Shown: positions 1 to 14,391, numbered from the stretch's first letter. The stretch is DNA of 64,000 nt from Antedon mediterranea (GCF_964355755.1 NC_092680.1:19849045-19913044), one strand, 5' to 3'. Notes: a model not told the origin generated them from the sequence alone. Numbers and translations: made by a program.

Positions 1-150
1 GATCAAGACAACTTTGCGTTGATTGCTAGCTGCTTTATATGAGTATGTTTCCATACATGTTTGATCCAAAAAAATGACCGGGGTAATAATGTGAAGCGCT
101 TAGAAGCATTGTGCAATAAGCTATAATATTAACGAATATTATTATATAAT

Positions 151-600
151 TTTCGAACTGATGGGTAGAGTTTGATATCTCGTATATCTCGTAATCAGAG
201 TACAGTATTATAATCATAATTTTCGGACTTGTGGTAGAGTTTTTATATCCTCATTTTTATCAAAGTATTATTATAATAATCTTCGGACTGGTGGTAGAGT
301 TTTGATATCTTTGTCATCAAAGTATTACTATAATAACTTTTGGACTGGTGGTAAAGTTTGATATCCTCGTCATCAAAGTATTATTAGGCCTATAATAATT
401 TTCTCACTTGTGGTAGAGTTTTGATATACTCATTCTCATCAAAGTATTTTTATGATAATTTTCGGACAGTGGTAGAGTTTGGATATCCTCATTCTCAAAG
501 TATTTTAAAAATATTTTTCGGACTGGTGGTAGAGTTTTGATAAGACATTCACACCAATCAAAGTATTATTATTATAATTTGTGGACTGTATGGTAGCAAT
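151..600. repeat. Minisatellite, ~7.5 copies of a ~58 bp unit (TTTCGGACTGGTGGTAGAGTTTTGATATCCTCATTCTCATCAAAGTATTATTATAATAA)
   Basis: Unit starts visible at ~151, 221, 281, 338, 399, 459, 514, 578. Confidence 0.9.
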
Positions 601-1247
601 AAGCATATGAAAAGGCATCATCATTATCATTACATGCATTATTTTTATGACCTCTTAATGGGGTAAAATAAGTGATTATCTTTAGTCTATACATTCGGTT
701 ACATCAGAATAGATTAAGTGGTAACAACATAAATATTATAAACATACATTTGGTACTAGGGTAAATGGAAATTGCTCGCGTAATTTGAGCAATAATGTGT
801 ACCATGGCGACCACGTGGCTTTCTTCTAGAGCGATTTCAGCGGTTATTGAAGGATTTGTAGAATCTCGTTAAGGAAGCCGTGTATGAAATAACATTGCAA
901 GCGAAATTTAGGCTACAATAACACATTACAATACAGAATCGAACGACAATATAATTACGATATATTGTACTATACAAATTATCTGTCAAATGCCAGTTTT
1001 CTTTCAAACAAGTTTAATGTTATAGTTAAGTAAATTACAAGTAAACAGAATAATATGGGAATATTGCACATTATGCTACAAACCATATTATACGTTCCAT
1101 GTCGTCTTATGTTTTTCAAGTGTGAATTCACTTTCGTAATTATAGACTTATCAACAATTTGAATTCTAAGATGGCATGTTACCACTTTTCTTGTTAACAG
1201 ATTATAGTTTGGGGTTACAATCTTAAAATTTGTGTTTTTTCTCAAAA

Positions 1248-1426
1248 ACGCGACTCAATAGTTCACTATGTCGGTCGGTCGGTCGGTCTGTAGGTCTGTC
1301 TGTCGGTCCGGTATCACTATGCGTTTTATCGCTTTTCTGTACTTTTTGAACTGTTTTGATGTACATTACTTTTTGAAAGTTCATTTTTTTCTGAGAGCAC
1401 GCGACTTATGGCTGTTGGCCTTGTTT
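1248..1426 (+). mobile_element. HINE/DINE-1-like non-autonomous Helentron, 5'-truncated, longer internal variant
   Basis: Shares ACGCGACT..TTCACTATG(TCGG)n..GGTATCACTATGCGTTTTA and AGCACGCGACTTATGGCTGTTGGCCTTGTT with the copies at 23581 and 25996; has ~70 bp of extra internal sequence. Confidence 0.75.
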
Positions 1427-2319
1427 CTCATCAGGCTCATATTTTATTATTTTGTGTATTAACAGAAGACTATTCAAAGATTCTTACTACATTTTATCTT
1501 TTTGTTAATATCATTTCAAGTGTTTACACATTTCTCAATTAATTTACCAAATTATGGAACAAACTGACAAATTATAAATCTTTTAACTTTTAAAAACTCA
1601 ATCTAAAATATTACTGATTAAGTATAAGTATCTTTTACATTGAATTCCTTCAATTTTTTTTTTATAAACTGTATGTTTTGTAAATAGTTATTGTTTTGTA
1701 AATGTTTGTGTACTAATGTAAATTACTTTGTTAGTTTTTAATTATTATTATATTGTAAATGTTTCTCTACTGAACCACTTTGGAAATTAATGCTTTAGCA
1801 CTGACAGTGTCATATCGGAACAAATAAGCACATTTTTCATATACCGGTAGATAATATCCAGTAATTCATGTCTACAAATGATGGAATAGATAATGATTAA
1901 TATGCACTGTAATTGCCTTGTACGTTTAGGTTCTTGATCACATGCTTGGCATTTTATAGTGATAGGAAGATTTTGTAACCTTGCTTCATATAATATTCCA
2001 TTTCTTATGATTGTCATATCAGTTTATAAGATAAGCAATGATGTATGCTTTCTACATCACACTGTAGTTTAAGAAACCTATCTTCAATAACACTAAATGT
2101 CGGCTCACATCAACGCTACATCACGTGACATGTTGTGATAAGCGACGCAAAAAAACATTGGATGAAATGATATTGTAGCGCGACAAAACGATAAGATATG
2201 CGACTTTTTTGAAGTTGATAGAACGCTTCAACTTTTGTCGCGTCGCGCTTCTGTCTAACATCGTCAGCCCTAAAACAAGATAGACACTCCGTTTTGTCTT
2301 GCAAGTTCTGTATACTTAC

Positions 2320-2429
2320 CAGTTATATAGTAGAATATCTGGTGTCCAAATCATAGAGGGTGGTAGTCGAATAGAACTGATACCCCCATAGTCAGACTCG
2401 TTCCACGCTAAAGTAGCGTCTGTCCATGC
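2320..2429 (-). CDS. alpha7-like nAChR subunit, exon 4 ([36 protein letters not shown]); gene continues beyond the left window edge
   Basis: 110 bp exon, ttttcttaag acceptor, gtaagt donor; WN.S.YGG and IW.PDILLYN motifs of alpha7-type subunits. Confidence 0.94.
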
Positions 2430-2789
2430 CTTAAGAAAACGTAACAATACTAATATTAATTATATTATCATTAGGGCGCTTTCGGTGAAACGACGACATC
2501 ATCCGTTAAAGTTAAGGTTTGTGTGTTCCACCGAGACCTTCCTTAATTAATTAATTATTGCATAATACCATTGTCATTAATTTTTGTGACTGTTCCTATT
2601 CCTATCGACATTGATCATACGTCGGTGTATTTTTATGTTATCTATTTTTTATATTTATTTCAATTCACAATCAACAGCGGGAAGCCCGCCATTTACAGAC
2701 TGGAATACATAAAAACAAGACAAAAGAACATCGAAAAGGTCCACAAGAACCAATTACAAACAATTCTTAATTTTGTATTTAAATAGTGA

Positions 2790-3299
2790 TCATAATAAAA
2801 CGCCAATATAGATCTCTATGTATTAGATGTAATGTTTTATGTAGGAAATGATCATACTGCTCTAAATCAATCAAATGTTTTTTGTTTAGATCATATTGTA
2901 TTAACATGTACTGTTCTCCTTTATGGTCTAATCATTTTAAAAAAGATATCAAACGACTTAAAGTTTGTTTGTTATATGATGCTTTCCGGATGTTGTTATG
3001 ACAACCCAGATTTGTTAGTGCGAGGAATTTGTTTGTGGAAAATAATATTCCATCATTTTATGAATATTTGAGGATTTCGACTTACCGATTTCTTACAAGA
3101 ATAATGAAAAGCGAAAACAGAATGTTAATTTGTATATATAAAATATTTGTTAATGGATTCAAACATGTACTACAAATTTTGGAGAGAGGCATTATATACC
3201 AAATAGATACAAGTTTTGGTCCTCTTTCCTTCATCTTTTTTTTTTGTAATGTATTATACCATATGAACAATTGTCTGAAATAAAAGTTGAATTGAATTG
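2790..3299 (+). mobile_element. Degenerate 3' fragment of a CR1/L2-group non-LTR retrotransposon
   Basis: Broken frame RQYRSLCIRCNVLCRK*SYCSKSIKCFLFRSYCINMYCSPLW...YDAFRMLL*QPRFVSARNLFVENNIPSF resembles post-RT ORF2 C-termini; ends in AATAAA + (TTGAA)n tail. Confidence 0.7.
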
Positions 3300-5200
3300 T
3301 AGTATACTTTATACCGTCTTAAACAATGTAGGCATACTATGTATATATATCTTTAATATATCAATATCCGACATGCTGTGAGTAGGCAACCTAATGACCG
3401 ACTGCACTTACCCACCAAAGTTATCAATTCAATCAGATGTTAAGGGAGCAACAAATATTTGTAGCAGTAACCAAAATCAATTAAAAAATAGTAAAAATTG
3501 TCCGTGCTTCCAAATTGATTGAATCTTGGTTTAATTTTCTAGAACAATATTTGAACTTTTTCTAGCTCCTTCCTATGTTAATACCATTAATACTATTATT
3601 GTTATAATTTTATCAGAAACAAAAAGAATTACATTTGAATAGAATTGAAATTACAACATCAAAAATGGCGTCATTGCTTTTAAAAAAACACCCATTATCG
3701 AATATTCCATTTCAATACAAAAACCTTGTATTTTTCCCCATTGTTGAAAATTAAAAAGTAGTTTTTACTCTTAATATGATCCTAAACGAATTACCTGTTT
3801 CCATGACATATGATTATGTTTATGTGATTGTGTGTTTGTGAGGGAATCGTGTTAAATTCTCAGCTAGCTCAGTGATAATACAAGGGGGCAACATAGAATA
3901 AATTTCACCAGCTACCTTACATTTTTGTTGTTATACTCAATGTACAGGGCGGGCCTAGGCCTAGTAATTGAATTACTACAAATGCCAATACAATCTTACT
4001 TCCATGATTCTTCTCCATCTGCCTAAATACTAACTGCGTGTCTTTTATGTTGTTACAACGTATTTGTACAGTTACATCTCCGTGCCTTAGGATAAGGGGT
4101 GACTTTTTCCCCCTAACATACCTAAGGGCTATACAAGTTATACGTCACAAGGGCTATGTCTTTAGGGTGTTCAGCTGCTAGTTGGACCGTAGTACTAGGC
4201 CATCGTTGTATGTTATTGTGTCTAACTGATTTGATCTCAACATAGTGCGAATGATGTGGCAATTATTCTGGTCATGGTACTTTTAAAGGCCAATACACTC
4301 TGGTTCTAATCTTAAAGATATTCTGTTTCAGTAGAGTAGCTACAAAATGAACATTTGTTGCTTTGTTGATATTATTTTGGTGAAACGGTAAGCAAAACAA
4401 ATAAACAAATGACGTAACATTGTATGTTTTATTGGTATTGTTGTAGTTGATTGAATAAAATAAAAAATAAAAAAATAAAAATAAAAATACATATTATGTG
4501 TATCTATTATCTAGGCCTATAGCCTAATATAATATATACTCTCTTGTATTATACTATCTCTTCATTGAGCATCCAAGACAACACTCACGATATTAAAATA
4601 TGTCATTTAATTCATTAAATTGTATTTTTGTAAAGTTTTTAGGATCTTAGTAGTTTTTTCAATCGCTCGCCAAAATGACACTTTTTTTGGTTTATTATTT
4701 GTAAAGGGCCTACATACTATGTTGATGTTTATAAATGTTGAATTTAAAAAATCTATATTATTCAATGTATTATAGTCAATACGTATAGGCCCTAGTAAAT
4801 CATTTAAAAAAAATGGGATAAAATGGATCAATTATTATTATGTTTAATTTATTGTATTAATTTACGTACCATCGTCGAAATAGAACTGGTGCTCCACCTC
4901 GTTTTATGTATGTCAATCGTTTTTTTTGCATTAGAATGTACAATCCTTCACATATTTCAAGTATAAAAGACCTACTTTTGTTACTTTAGCCTCTCTATAC
5001 ATTTCAATATTTTTAACAGTTGCCAGCGAATTAGGCAATTATTTAATAAATCATTCAATTAACGATTATGTGATTTATATATAATAAATGACGTCATCAC
5101 TATGGCAATGGTATTTTCCAGTTGATAGTAGCGATCAAGGTATAATGGTATTCGTATCGATTAATGAAACAAAATTGTAAATGTCAAAAGTCGTGCTTAA

Positions 5201-5369
5201 AGCTTGGTTCCCACTAGAACACAACACAAGGACGTATTAAGCGCAACGTAAGTAATTTGATTTGATCATCGCACGAGATGGCCGGATCTCATTCGAATTA
5301 TTTTGTGATTTGTTAACTTAGTTGCGTTGCGTGTGCGTACTTACAATGAGTCCTAATGAAAAACAAGCT
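5201..5369. mobile_element. Diverged copy of the ~179 bp MITE family
   Basis: Starts AGCTTGGTTCCCACTAGAAC, ends CTAATGAAAAACAAGCT, flanked by TTAA on both sides. Confidence 0.7.
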
Positions 5370-8300
5370 TTAAGAGCAAAAAACAAGGTTTTATATTTTT
5401 ATTTCTAATATAGATGATGAAGCAAAAATATTAACATTAACTAACATCATGTAATGACCATTACAAGGAGACTAATTAGCTTTATTACTCTAGTTGTCAT
5501 TATATATGTTCTCAAATAAGTGAGTGTCAACGTAACGTTGTCGATAAATCGACGTTAGTAGACATGCTTAAGTTGTGCTTTATGCTGTCTAAAGCTCTGT
5601 CTTCACTATCAAACTGAACGGTATATGACAAAAAAAAAATGATGTGCTTATATACAGTGTGGACACGATGATCACATATCACTACCTTATTTTGGCATAT
5701 CACTACCATATTTGGGCACATCACACTTCTTTGTCAAACCAGTGTAGACAGAGCTTGAGTCTCTTATTAGCGACCTCTCGTTTTCACTCCTTCTGCGAAT
5801 GTTTTTTTTTTCAGCGTACGCACTTTTTACTCGAAGCTGTTCATGTGAATATTATGAATTTATTAGATATGATTATTTTAATAAAGTATATTTTCGTTAC
5901 AAACAGCATTGTAAAAAGTGTGTTTTTAACATAGCGTTGTTATTATATTACAATATAATCACTTCAATCATGCTTTAATTCGCAAACGTATGGAAAGCAA
6001 CCCGCGCCAAAATTACAAAGAAATTATACATACACACAACCTTTGATATGGAAGCACTGTATGTTATTATTTGATAGTGATTAGAAATTATAATACATAC
6101 TTAAAAATGAAATAAACGTCATCATATGATATGATTCAATGTTTCTACATTTACGCTATTATGCTAATGTGATGACGACGATGATGACCTAATTAAAGTG
6201 AAAAGTCCTAACACGATATCGTCCATTACTTGGAATATCAAGACATGAACTCAGTAAACATTATAAAACAAAACAAAACAGACTCAGGCACTTAGAATAA
6301 TTACAGAAAGATGCAGAAAGATTAGGAAGTGATCTTTTTAGCACTGCTATGCTGTAATAATGCACTATGGTTGACCTGTTTTTAGAATGATCATAATAAT
6401 GACATGTATTTTTCATAATGTATTTTTTTCAAAACTCCATGCGCGCATATTACCAAAGAAATTTACCAAAATTAAGTTAGAAAACGTGGAAATAACAAAT
6501 AGTATGAAATTGTAATTAACTAATTTTCAAATAAATGTATCATTAGAAATAGTCTGAGACATAAAATTTGGTCACAAATGAACACATTTTAAAATGTGTT
6601 TTTTATAATTGGTTTGTGTTAAGTAATGTAATGTCTCTATAATAAGAAAATAGTAAAAAGGATAACATGCACTAGAAGTACGTAATACCGTAAGATTCAT
6701 ATCTAGATGAATTTCGATATAGCCAGTGAGTGACTGCTGCAGAATCGAGTGTTTTGGTTGATTTACTTAATATCCTTCAGACTTCGTTTTTTTCTGTTAA
6801 AAATCAAGTTATTTCGTATAAACCAATAAAATATGATTCAACTGTATAACCACGATTTTGTTGCGAGTCGCAATTTTATCGACATGTTTTGATGACTTTT
6901 TTTTACATATACAGAAATGCTAATTCATAACAGTTTATTTTAAAACAAAAATTAATTTGTTTACTTTCTATAACATATAACATTTTGCTTGCTTCTTCAG
7001 TTCGATTCAAAAATATTAAAAGTAAATTTCATAAACTTTTTAAGAAAAATTGCTGTTTCATTTTTATAAACAGTTCATTTATATATACAGTAGTGTAAAT
7101 ATGTTAATTTTAATATTTTGTATACACTCGAATGATAAAATAATTTCAATTTTTTAATAAATGTTTTCAAATTCACTTAAACTGATACAATGGTTCTATT
7201 TTAACACTGTTTATGAATCTTGCCTGTTAAATAGATAAATGTTAACAAATATACAATCATACTAATGTAGACTTACTGTAGAGAATAATAAAGAGCAAAG
7301 AGTATCCTCTCCAAAAAATCAATACTGGAATTTATAAGGAATCGAGGGAATTGAAATTCAATTTATGTATGCTTTTCCGTGGTTTGAAGAAATAAGTCTG
7401 TCTACATCTGTACACAGCGTTTAATGTTATTGGGAATTAATTTTAGAACATTGAGAGTGTACACAGGTAACTAACCGTGCACTGGAAACACATTGTGATA
7501 TTCCTTTATTAAATTAGTTAAAGGGTAGCTTCGGGAATATCATTACTATTATTGATAATAAATATAAATCTTTGTAATAAAATTGATAACAATCCCACTC
7601 ATTTGTTGATTGCCATGAAACAGAACAAGCGTCATGTAATAAGCAACCCCTCCCTTTGATAAGTTATTTTCAGTTTTATTTTGTTGACACCATTAATACA
7701 ATTGCAAGGTGTCTTTAATATTAAGTTTAACACTTCCAGTGTTAGCAAACATAATATTATTGCCAGCCATGGTATATATACCAGGGTACCTAAATTGTAT
7801 AACATAGTGTGAAACCCATATGTCCATTTCAGTTGAGTATTGGTTACACGAAATTAGCATTACCCGGATCCACACCTATTACAATAGTATCTATTTGTTT
7901 ATTTTTAACGCTGATCGATATTAATCGATTTTGTTATTTTTCGCATGATCTGCTCTCAGTGTTTTGAACCTTTTTTTTTCAGTTGATGTCATCACCAACG
8001 TGTTTATATGGGTAGGACTGGTGCATTTTCTGGGTAAATAAAGCCGAACTGTGATAGACTTTTGGCATAACCAGGTTATTGAATTTAACCTTGTGATACA
8101 GGTGTAACAATATATGTATATGATTGACAGTTAGATATGTAAACGTTGAAATTATACATGAATTGCACCTGTAACATAAGCATGTCACCTGAGGTTTACA
8201 TAACATGAATTAAGATTAATGTAATTAAACGTCCTATGTTTTTTTAGTACCGGTAATAACAAATACATGTAATCTAGTAAAGATGTTCATTTGTCAACAC

Positions 8301-9219
8301 CCTTTAAATGTAAATGTTCTTAGTGTATGGAAGACATTTTTAAATTTAGGTAATAAAACAAATAATGTTGTTAAATAGTTTGCATATTATTATATTAGTT
8401 ATTCATTCAATTCCAAAAATAATAATACACTTATCAATGGATTTTCTGAATAGAATTTAACATTGTTTTCTAATATAATATAATTTTGTAGAGATGTACT
8501 ATGAATTGTATTCTAAATTAAAAGTATTGTCGCTAAAATCTGTATTAAAACGAAGAGGAATTTGCAAAACAAACGAAATTTAAAAACTGAATAACAACGT
8601 GGATAAAATGGAGTGAAAGAAAAAATACTGTGTTCTTAATTCTTTCTTTTATCTTCAGAGACATGATTTATGAAATAACCTATCTTGGTGTGACTTGCAT
8701 CATAATTTAGTATTTGTTTTAAATACATTTATTTGATCTGACATTTGAATTTGAATAATATTGTCATAGAATCACCATTATATTTATTCCATTTATCCTA
8801 ATGCATTTGGGTATAGTTATTATTAGCATTGATTGACATGAACATTATATAAGTCAAAGATGCTCTGCACGTGGAATGCCATTATGAGATGTGCGAGAGC
8901 GCGTCGTAGTAGGCCTAATTAGTCAGTACAGTTTATTTTTGTATTAATTTATACGTAATTTTTACTTTCTATGAACCAGAGATTCAAAAATAAAAGATTG
9001 AATGAACAAATTAATTAATTAATTATCTTAATTTATAACTTAAATTCGGGGAATGTTCTTTGAATTTATTTCTTGTAATAAAAAGTCATTCTCTTTATCA
9101 TTTATTTTATTTTTGATGATGTATAATAAAGTAATTTTGATTTGTATATTGTTAAATGTGTTAATAGCTATCTAATAGGCCTTATAGCAAAATATTAAAA
9201 TATATACAAAACGACTCAC

Positions 9220-9264
9220 CAGCGTCAGCCAAATATTCGTTGTAATAATCTGATTAACTTCGTC
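9220..9264 (-). CDS. alpha7-like nAChR subunit, exon 3 (DEVNQIITTNIWLTL)
   Basis: 45 bp exon, tttttattag acceptor, gtgagt donor, DE.NQ..TTNIWL motif. Confidence 0.93.
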
Positions 9265-9538
9265 CTAATAAAAACAAAAATTGTTAAAATGTAACTCATT
9301 TTTACAATTCATATTTGGATAAAGCAAGGTGACAAAAAATACATCTTTCATAAAGGCTTTGAAATAATATGAATTGGTCATTGAAAATTCTTATTATAAC
9401 TGCGGCCTCACTGGCCACTTTTTTGAGTTGAGATAACACGTAAGAAAGAACACGGAAAGCTTGTATTCATGCAACAATCAACATATTTTATTGCGTAAAT
9501 TCTCCATGTAGTAGTGTAACTTCTTTAATACTTACTTA

Positions 9539-9717
9539 AGCTTGGTTCCCACTAGAACGTAACGCAAGGACGTAAACGCAACGCAAGCGTTTTAACCAAT
9601 GACAAGCGAAGTTATAGACAGTTAGCAATCACAAGCGAATAAGCCATCGCTTGTGATTGGTCAATTCACTTGCGTTGCGTTACGTCCTTGTGTTGCGTCG
9701 CTAGTGGGAACCACGCT
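9539..9717. mobile_element. MITE, 179 bp, long imperfect TIRs (AGCTTGGTTCCCACTAG...), PIF/Harbinger-like
   Basis: TIR-bounded fold-back with TTA/TAA flanks; matches 50508..50686 except one base near the right end. Confidence 0.88.
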
Positions 9718-11882
9718 TAAGTCTACACGCTGGCATCATCTCAACTAGCCACACTAGCAGTGAGATTTCTCTTATACGTCGCCTGGTCTGGAATTTATGT
9801 AAATGAGCCCAGATAGGCATGCGTTCTACAACAACTACGTAATCATTTAGCTTGTTTACGCATACTGCCGTTGCACTATTATTATTGTTATAAAACTAAC
9901 GCGTCACAATTAGAGTCAAATAAATGATGATGGATCCGCCTTGATCAGTCAAAAATAACAATCAACCACGCAATAATAGAACGGAGGAAAAATAAAATAA
10001 TATTCAATAATTAATAGACAACTCTCGATTAAGATTGTTATTATTATTACATGAACATTAGGAAGGCGATTACGTCAATTTTTAGCGCGGGTGTGGTTAA
10101 ATTTTGTGTCGAAACGAAAGGAGAACCATCGTGATAAGTAGTTGGCCTTTCTGCCTGGGCAATATACTTTCAACGTTCCCAATCATCAGTACTCCCCTCT
10201 TTAGTAGTAAGCGAGTGTAAAGGGAGACCAATATATGGTGCTAGTATCTAACTGCAGACGTTGCCAACAATAAAAAATATCCACTAAATTTCCTACGGAT
10301 CAATATTATAGCCGTGTTTGAGATTATTTTACAGTCACGCTTATTTTAGTAACATATGTTATATTATATTGAAACTATTCAAAATAAACAATTATATTTT
10401 TCTTAATTGTTGCTTTTTTTCTTGGTTTTGTGGGCAAATAAGTTCAAAGAACTTTAAGGCTTACCAACCAGAATATATATATATAAAAAATACATAAACA
10501 TAATCTATAATATAAAAAATAATAATAATTATTAAATATAATCACATTAATTAAAAGTTGTATGGTTGTATGATGAGAGTTTAATTATATGACTGTTAAT
10601 GATAAATTAATAATTGACATTGAAACAAATTATTGTGGCATAATAACAAGTAAAAGAGGCAGAAATTACTGTTGAATTATGTTCAGGAGTATCTATAATA
10701 TTATATTCCAGTTTAATACTCTACTATCTGTCTATAAAATGGTTTTAAAGACGTCTGGTTGATTGGATCAGAGTTGCCATGACTAGGTCAAATGTCACAG
10801 GGCTCATCATCGGCGCTAAATGAATTTGACAGAAGAAATCGTTATCTTGTAGAACATCTTCCCAATTAGTGTTGACTGCTTATGAACCACGTGAATGTTA
10901 CTAATTACATTATTTTATATTATATATTAACAATCACGCAATGTTTTTACTTTTAAACTGAATTGTCAAGCACAAAAGATAGTTTTACGATTCTACCTCA
11001 TCAAATTTTGTGTTTTTTACTATTAGCTTTTTTGTGTGTGTTCATGGTCGGTATAAAATAAAATTGAAAATGAAATCGTGTAGGCCTAGGCCTATTATGT
11101 GTGTAAACAGCGACTGGACTTTCCTCATATTCGGTAGGCCTACGTAATGTGATGTTGTTGTTCGATTCATATGCGCTTATACAATCAAAAGATTGTCCCA
11201 ACGCGCTGAGAGAAAAAACAGAAAGAAATTAAAAAGATAAAAGATGGTTTTTTTAAGAGTGTTTTGAAAACTATAATAGAGGATGCATTTTTAATAAGAT
11301 TAGGAAGATTGTTCCACGGTTTAGGGGCTTTTCACAAAAAGAAATGTTCAAATTAAATTTTTTGATCTGGCATTGATATGCAATTTATTAATTAAATTAA
11401 AATATATAAATTCATTCTCGAAACATCATTTTTGCTATAAAAACATCGCTATTAATTATTGGACGTTGATTTTTTTTTTAAATATCAACAAACAATATTG
11501 TCAGTGTGAACACGTGTTGGAATAATTTCACATTCACGACCTTGTATGCCTGGCCATGTCTGACTCAATCTTTGTTTTCCGAAATGATTTTCACACATTT
11601 GGTGAGTTTGGGAAATCAGATTCAATCGATTTGGAATCGATCGAATCACAAGGACATTGAAAAGCAATAATTATTTCACAATATTCATACTCATATGGTA
11701 GTGGATGTGGGTATGATTCATAATTATTTGAAATGAACAAGGCATTCGTTATTATAACTTTTCGTATATAAATTTTATTTATTTATTTGACCAAAAAAGA
11801 ACAATAAAAACAGGTTAGCAAAAACAAAAGCGACATGACATGACTCAATGAGTTAGTAGTTTTTTTAAATTTTATTTTTTTT

Positions 11883-12050
11883 GTGTGGGGTTGTAGATTG
11901 GTGGTTATGATGCTTGACTATCACTCCAAGGGTCCTGGGTTCAAGTCCCGTTACATGTCAGGATTTTTTCTAAGGACAAAATTACAACTCCACTCCCAAA
12001 GACTTGTAATAATTAATACATAATTATAAATTAATAATAATATTAAATAT
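11883..12050 (+). mobile_element. tRNA-derived SINE (or tRNA pseudogene) with AT-rich tail
   Basis: A-box-like TAGATTGGTGG, anticodon-arm-like CTTGA..CAAG and B-box GGTTCAAGTCC at tRNA spacing. Stems are imperfect; followed by a short body and a TAA-rich tail. Confidence 0.65.
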
Positions 12051-14189
12051 GGTTTAAAAAAAAATAATAAATTTAGAAATACAGCTGTTTATACTGTCAA
12101 AATTACATTAATATCAACATCAAAATGGTATCAATCATAATTAAAATATAACATTAATATCCCAGATGTATCATTTATGGGTCTAGGCCCACCTGGCTCT
12201 TTATCACTCGGCCCCATTTATGTCTGTCTTCATTGTAGCTAAAGTCTCATACTGCAGTCGTTTGTAACCTGTTTCAGAGTTAAGTAGCCTACATCAATTA
12301 ATATAATTATAGTTAGTTTAGATTTTATTTTTTGTTTTTTATATTCTGTATGCACCAGGTTTACTTGTATTATATAAATGATTGATTATCCAGCTGTACA
12401 TTTATTTATTAGTATTATTTTATATGTCTTGTTTTATATTATAAATGTATCAGCGGGATTGTAAAAAAGCTCTATAACACTAAAGAGAATGCTGGAATCT
12501 CGTTCGACTTTCCGAACCTAGTTTTGGAATGTGGTAATTATAAGCTTAATATTTTATGGGCGCAGCTTTAAAATAGTTATTACAGTACATAAATTAAAGC
12601 TCAAGTTCACGTGTTCGTTTAAAAGAACTGCCCTAAAGCCTGTAATTAAGTTTTACGTATGATTCATAAGTTACAGGCCCTGCTCTATGATTGCAATCTA
12701 TTCGCAGCTGAGAAAATATCAACTGTCCAATCAGAGAGCCTACATTCTGTGTTCTATTCCTATGTGAACAGTTCAAAACGATTTACAATTTTCAGTTTGA
12801 ACGTTTCAATCACGCTTACCGGCGCTTGCCAAGGTACGCGATCGATCAGTTAACGAAGTCCGTTGGACCTATAATTTTGAGATTCCTAAAAAATTGAAAA
12901 TATCTTGATTGGTTATATAAGGTCACGTGGTCTAGCCTACAAAATCAATGATTGTTGTAACATAAACATTTTTGAACTTTTTCTTAAAAACGTGAGAACA
13001 ATATTATAAGTACAACATTGGTTGTTACGAGCGTACATCCGATTTTAAAAATGGTTTCAACTACACATTCGGTATAACGGAATATTTTGAATTAAAAAAA
13101 AATTTAATTTAATTTAATTACTTTATAAACTATGTGTAGTTAACGTATTGTAATGGTTGAATACAGAACAGGGGAGGGGGAGGGGGAGCTTAGTTTGAAT
13201 ATAAAGAATACTTTCATGGAATAATTATAAATAAAACTTCGTAATTATTCTTCGAAAAAGCCAACATGAACTAGGAACAAGCTACAGCATAAGATCACAT
13301 GACTCTAATAGAGAAATATCTTTGAAAACAACATACTTGGAAAATGTGTTATGTTTTAATCGCTTTGGTATTTGACACGTGACTTGTAAAAACGACTTCC
13401 GAAAGCTTTTATTTTTCTATTACTAATGAGAAGGTAAAATTGTTAAAAAAGCACTAAAAGATTTGCTGACGTCATGATGACACTGTTTTCTCATAATTCA
13501 GTTGTTATTCAATTTCAACCAAAGACTGTTTTAAGTTTGGTATATTTCTAATAATTGTTCCGGTTTTCCTATGTATTTTGTTTTTAATTCTATTGTTCCA
13601 TTGAGATTCAGTTCGTTTTTTTTAATTCACCGTTGAAGCCATAAATAACTTTTTTTTATACGACGTTGTTTAAAGAAATATTGAGCTGGGTTACTGAATT
13701 AATACATTGATCCTCGTCTTATGCACTAAGTGCTACAGCATCTTTCCACGTTTTCTCAGGGCTTTACTCACTGCAGACAAAGGTCAAGGCAAATCTTAGG
13801 TGGAATAATGTTTTTGAAATAAATGAATGTCTTTGTGAATATAATGTTTAAAATCACTTAGTTGAAGACAAATGGAAAATAAAAAAATAAACACACAACT
13901 ATGAGAGCCATGCAGAGAGAAAGAAAACATATTATCATTCAAAAGTCTGACTGTAGAAATATTTAGAAGAATAAGGGCAACATGAGATAGATTAATATAG
14001 TGTGAACAGAGGTTAACGATTGGGATTCTCATCTTTCATGCACAATGTATCTCGATAACATGGTTTACTTCAACTATTTTCTAAAACGAAACATGCAGAA
14101 CTTGTGTGGTTGTTTCTACAGACGTAGGCCGCATGCCTTGTATTTTTGCAACACACTAGTTACTTAAAAAACAATATTCTAAAACTTAC

Positions 14190-14332
14190 AACGTCCATGA
14201 TTTGTTGTAACGTCATGCCCATCGCAACCGTTAACGCATCGCTTTCGTTTATTGCAGGTCTAGCAAATTCCCGATAAGGAAACTTACTTAGCAAATCATT
14301 CATCAACCGACGTTCGTGCTCTCCCGGCTCAA
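14190..14332 (-). CDS. alpha7-like nAChR subunit, exon 2 (EPGEHERRLMNDLLSKFPYREFARPAINESDALTVAMGMTLQQIMDV)
   Basis: Within ORF 14160..14351. ttaatag acceptor, GTT|gtaagt donor, 143 bp. G.HERRL..DLL, RP..NES..L.V and LQQIMDV are typical of the alpha7 group. Confidence 0.93.
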
Positions 14333-14391
14333 CTATTAAGGCAAAACACAAAAGTTAAGACAATCATAGGAATTAAGACTAGGTTACTTAC

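Noticed and set aside
151-600. CRISPR-like appearance of regularly spaced repeats
   Set aside because: Whole units are homologous with no unique spacers; eukaryotic intron and no cas genes.
11883-11958. Functional tRNA gene
   Set aside because: Acceptor and anticodon stems pair poorly and a SINE-like body and tail follow.
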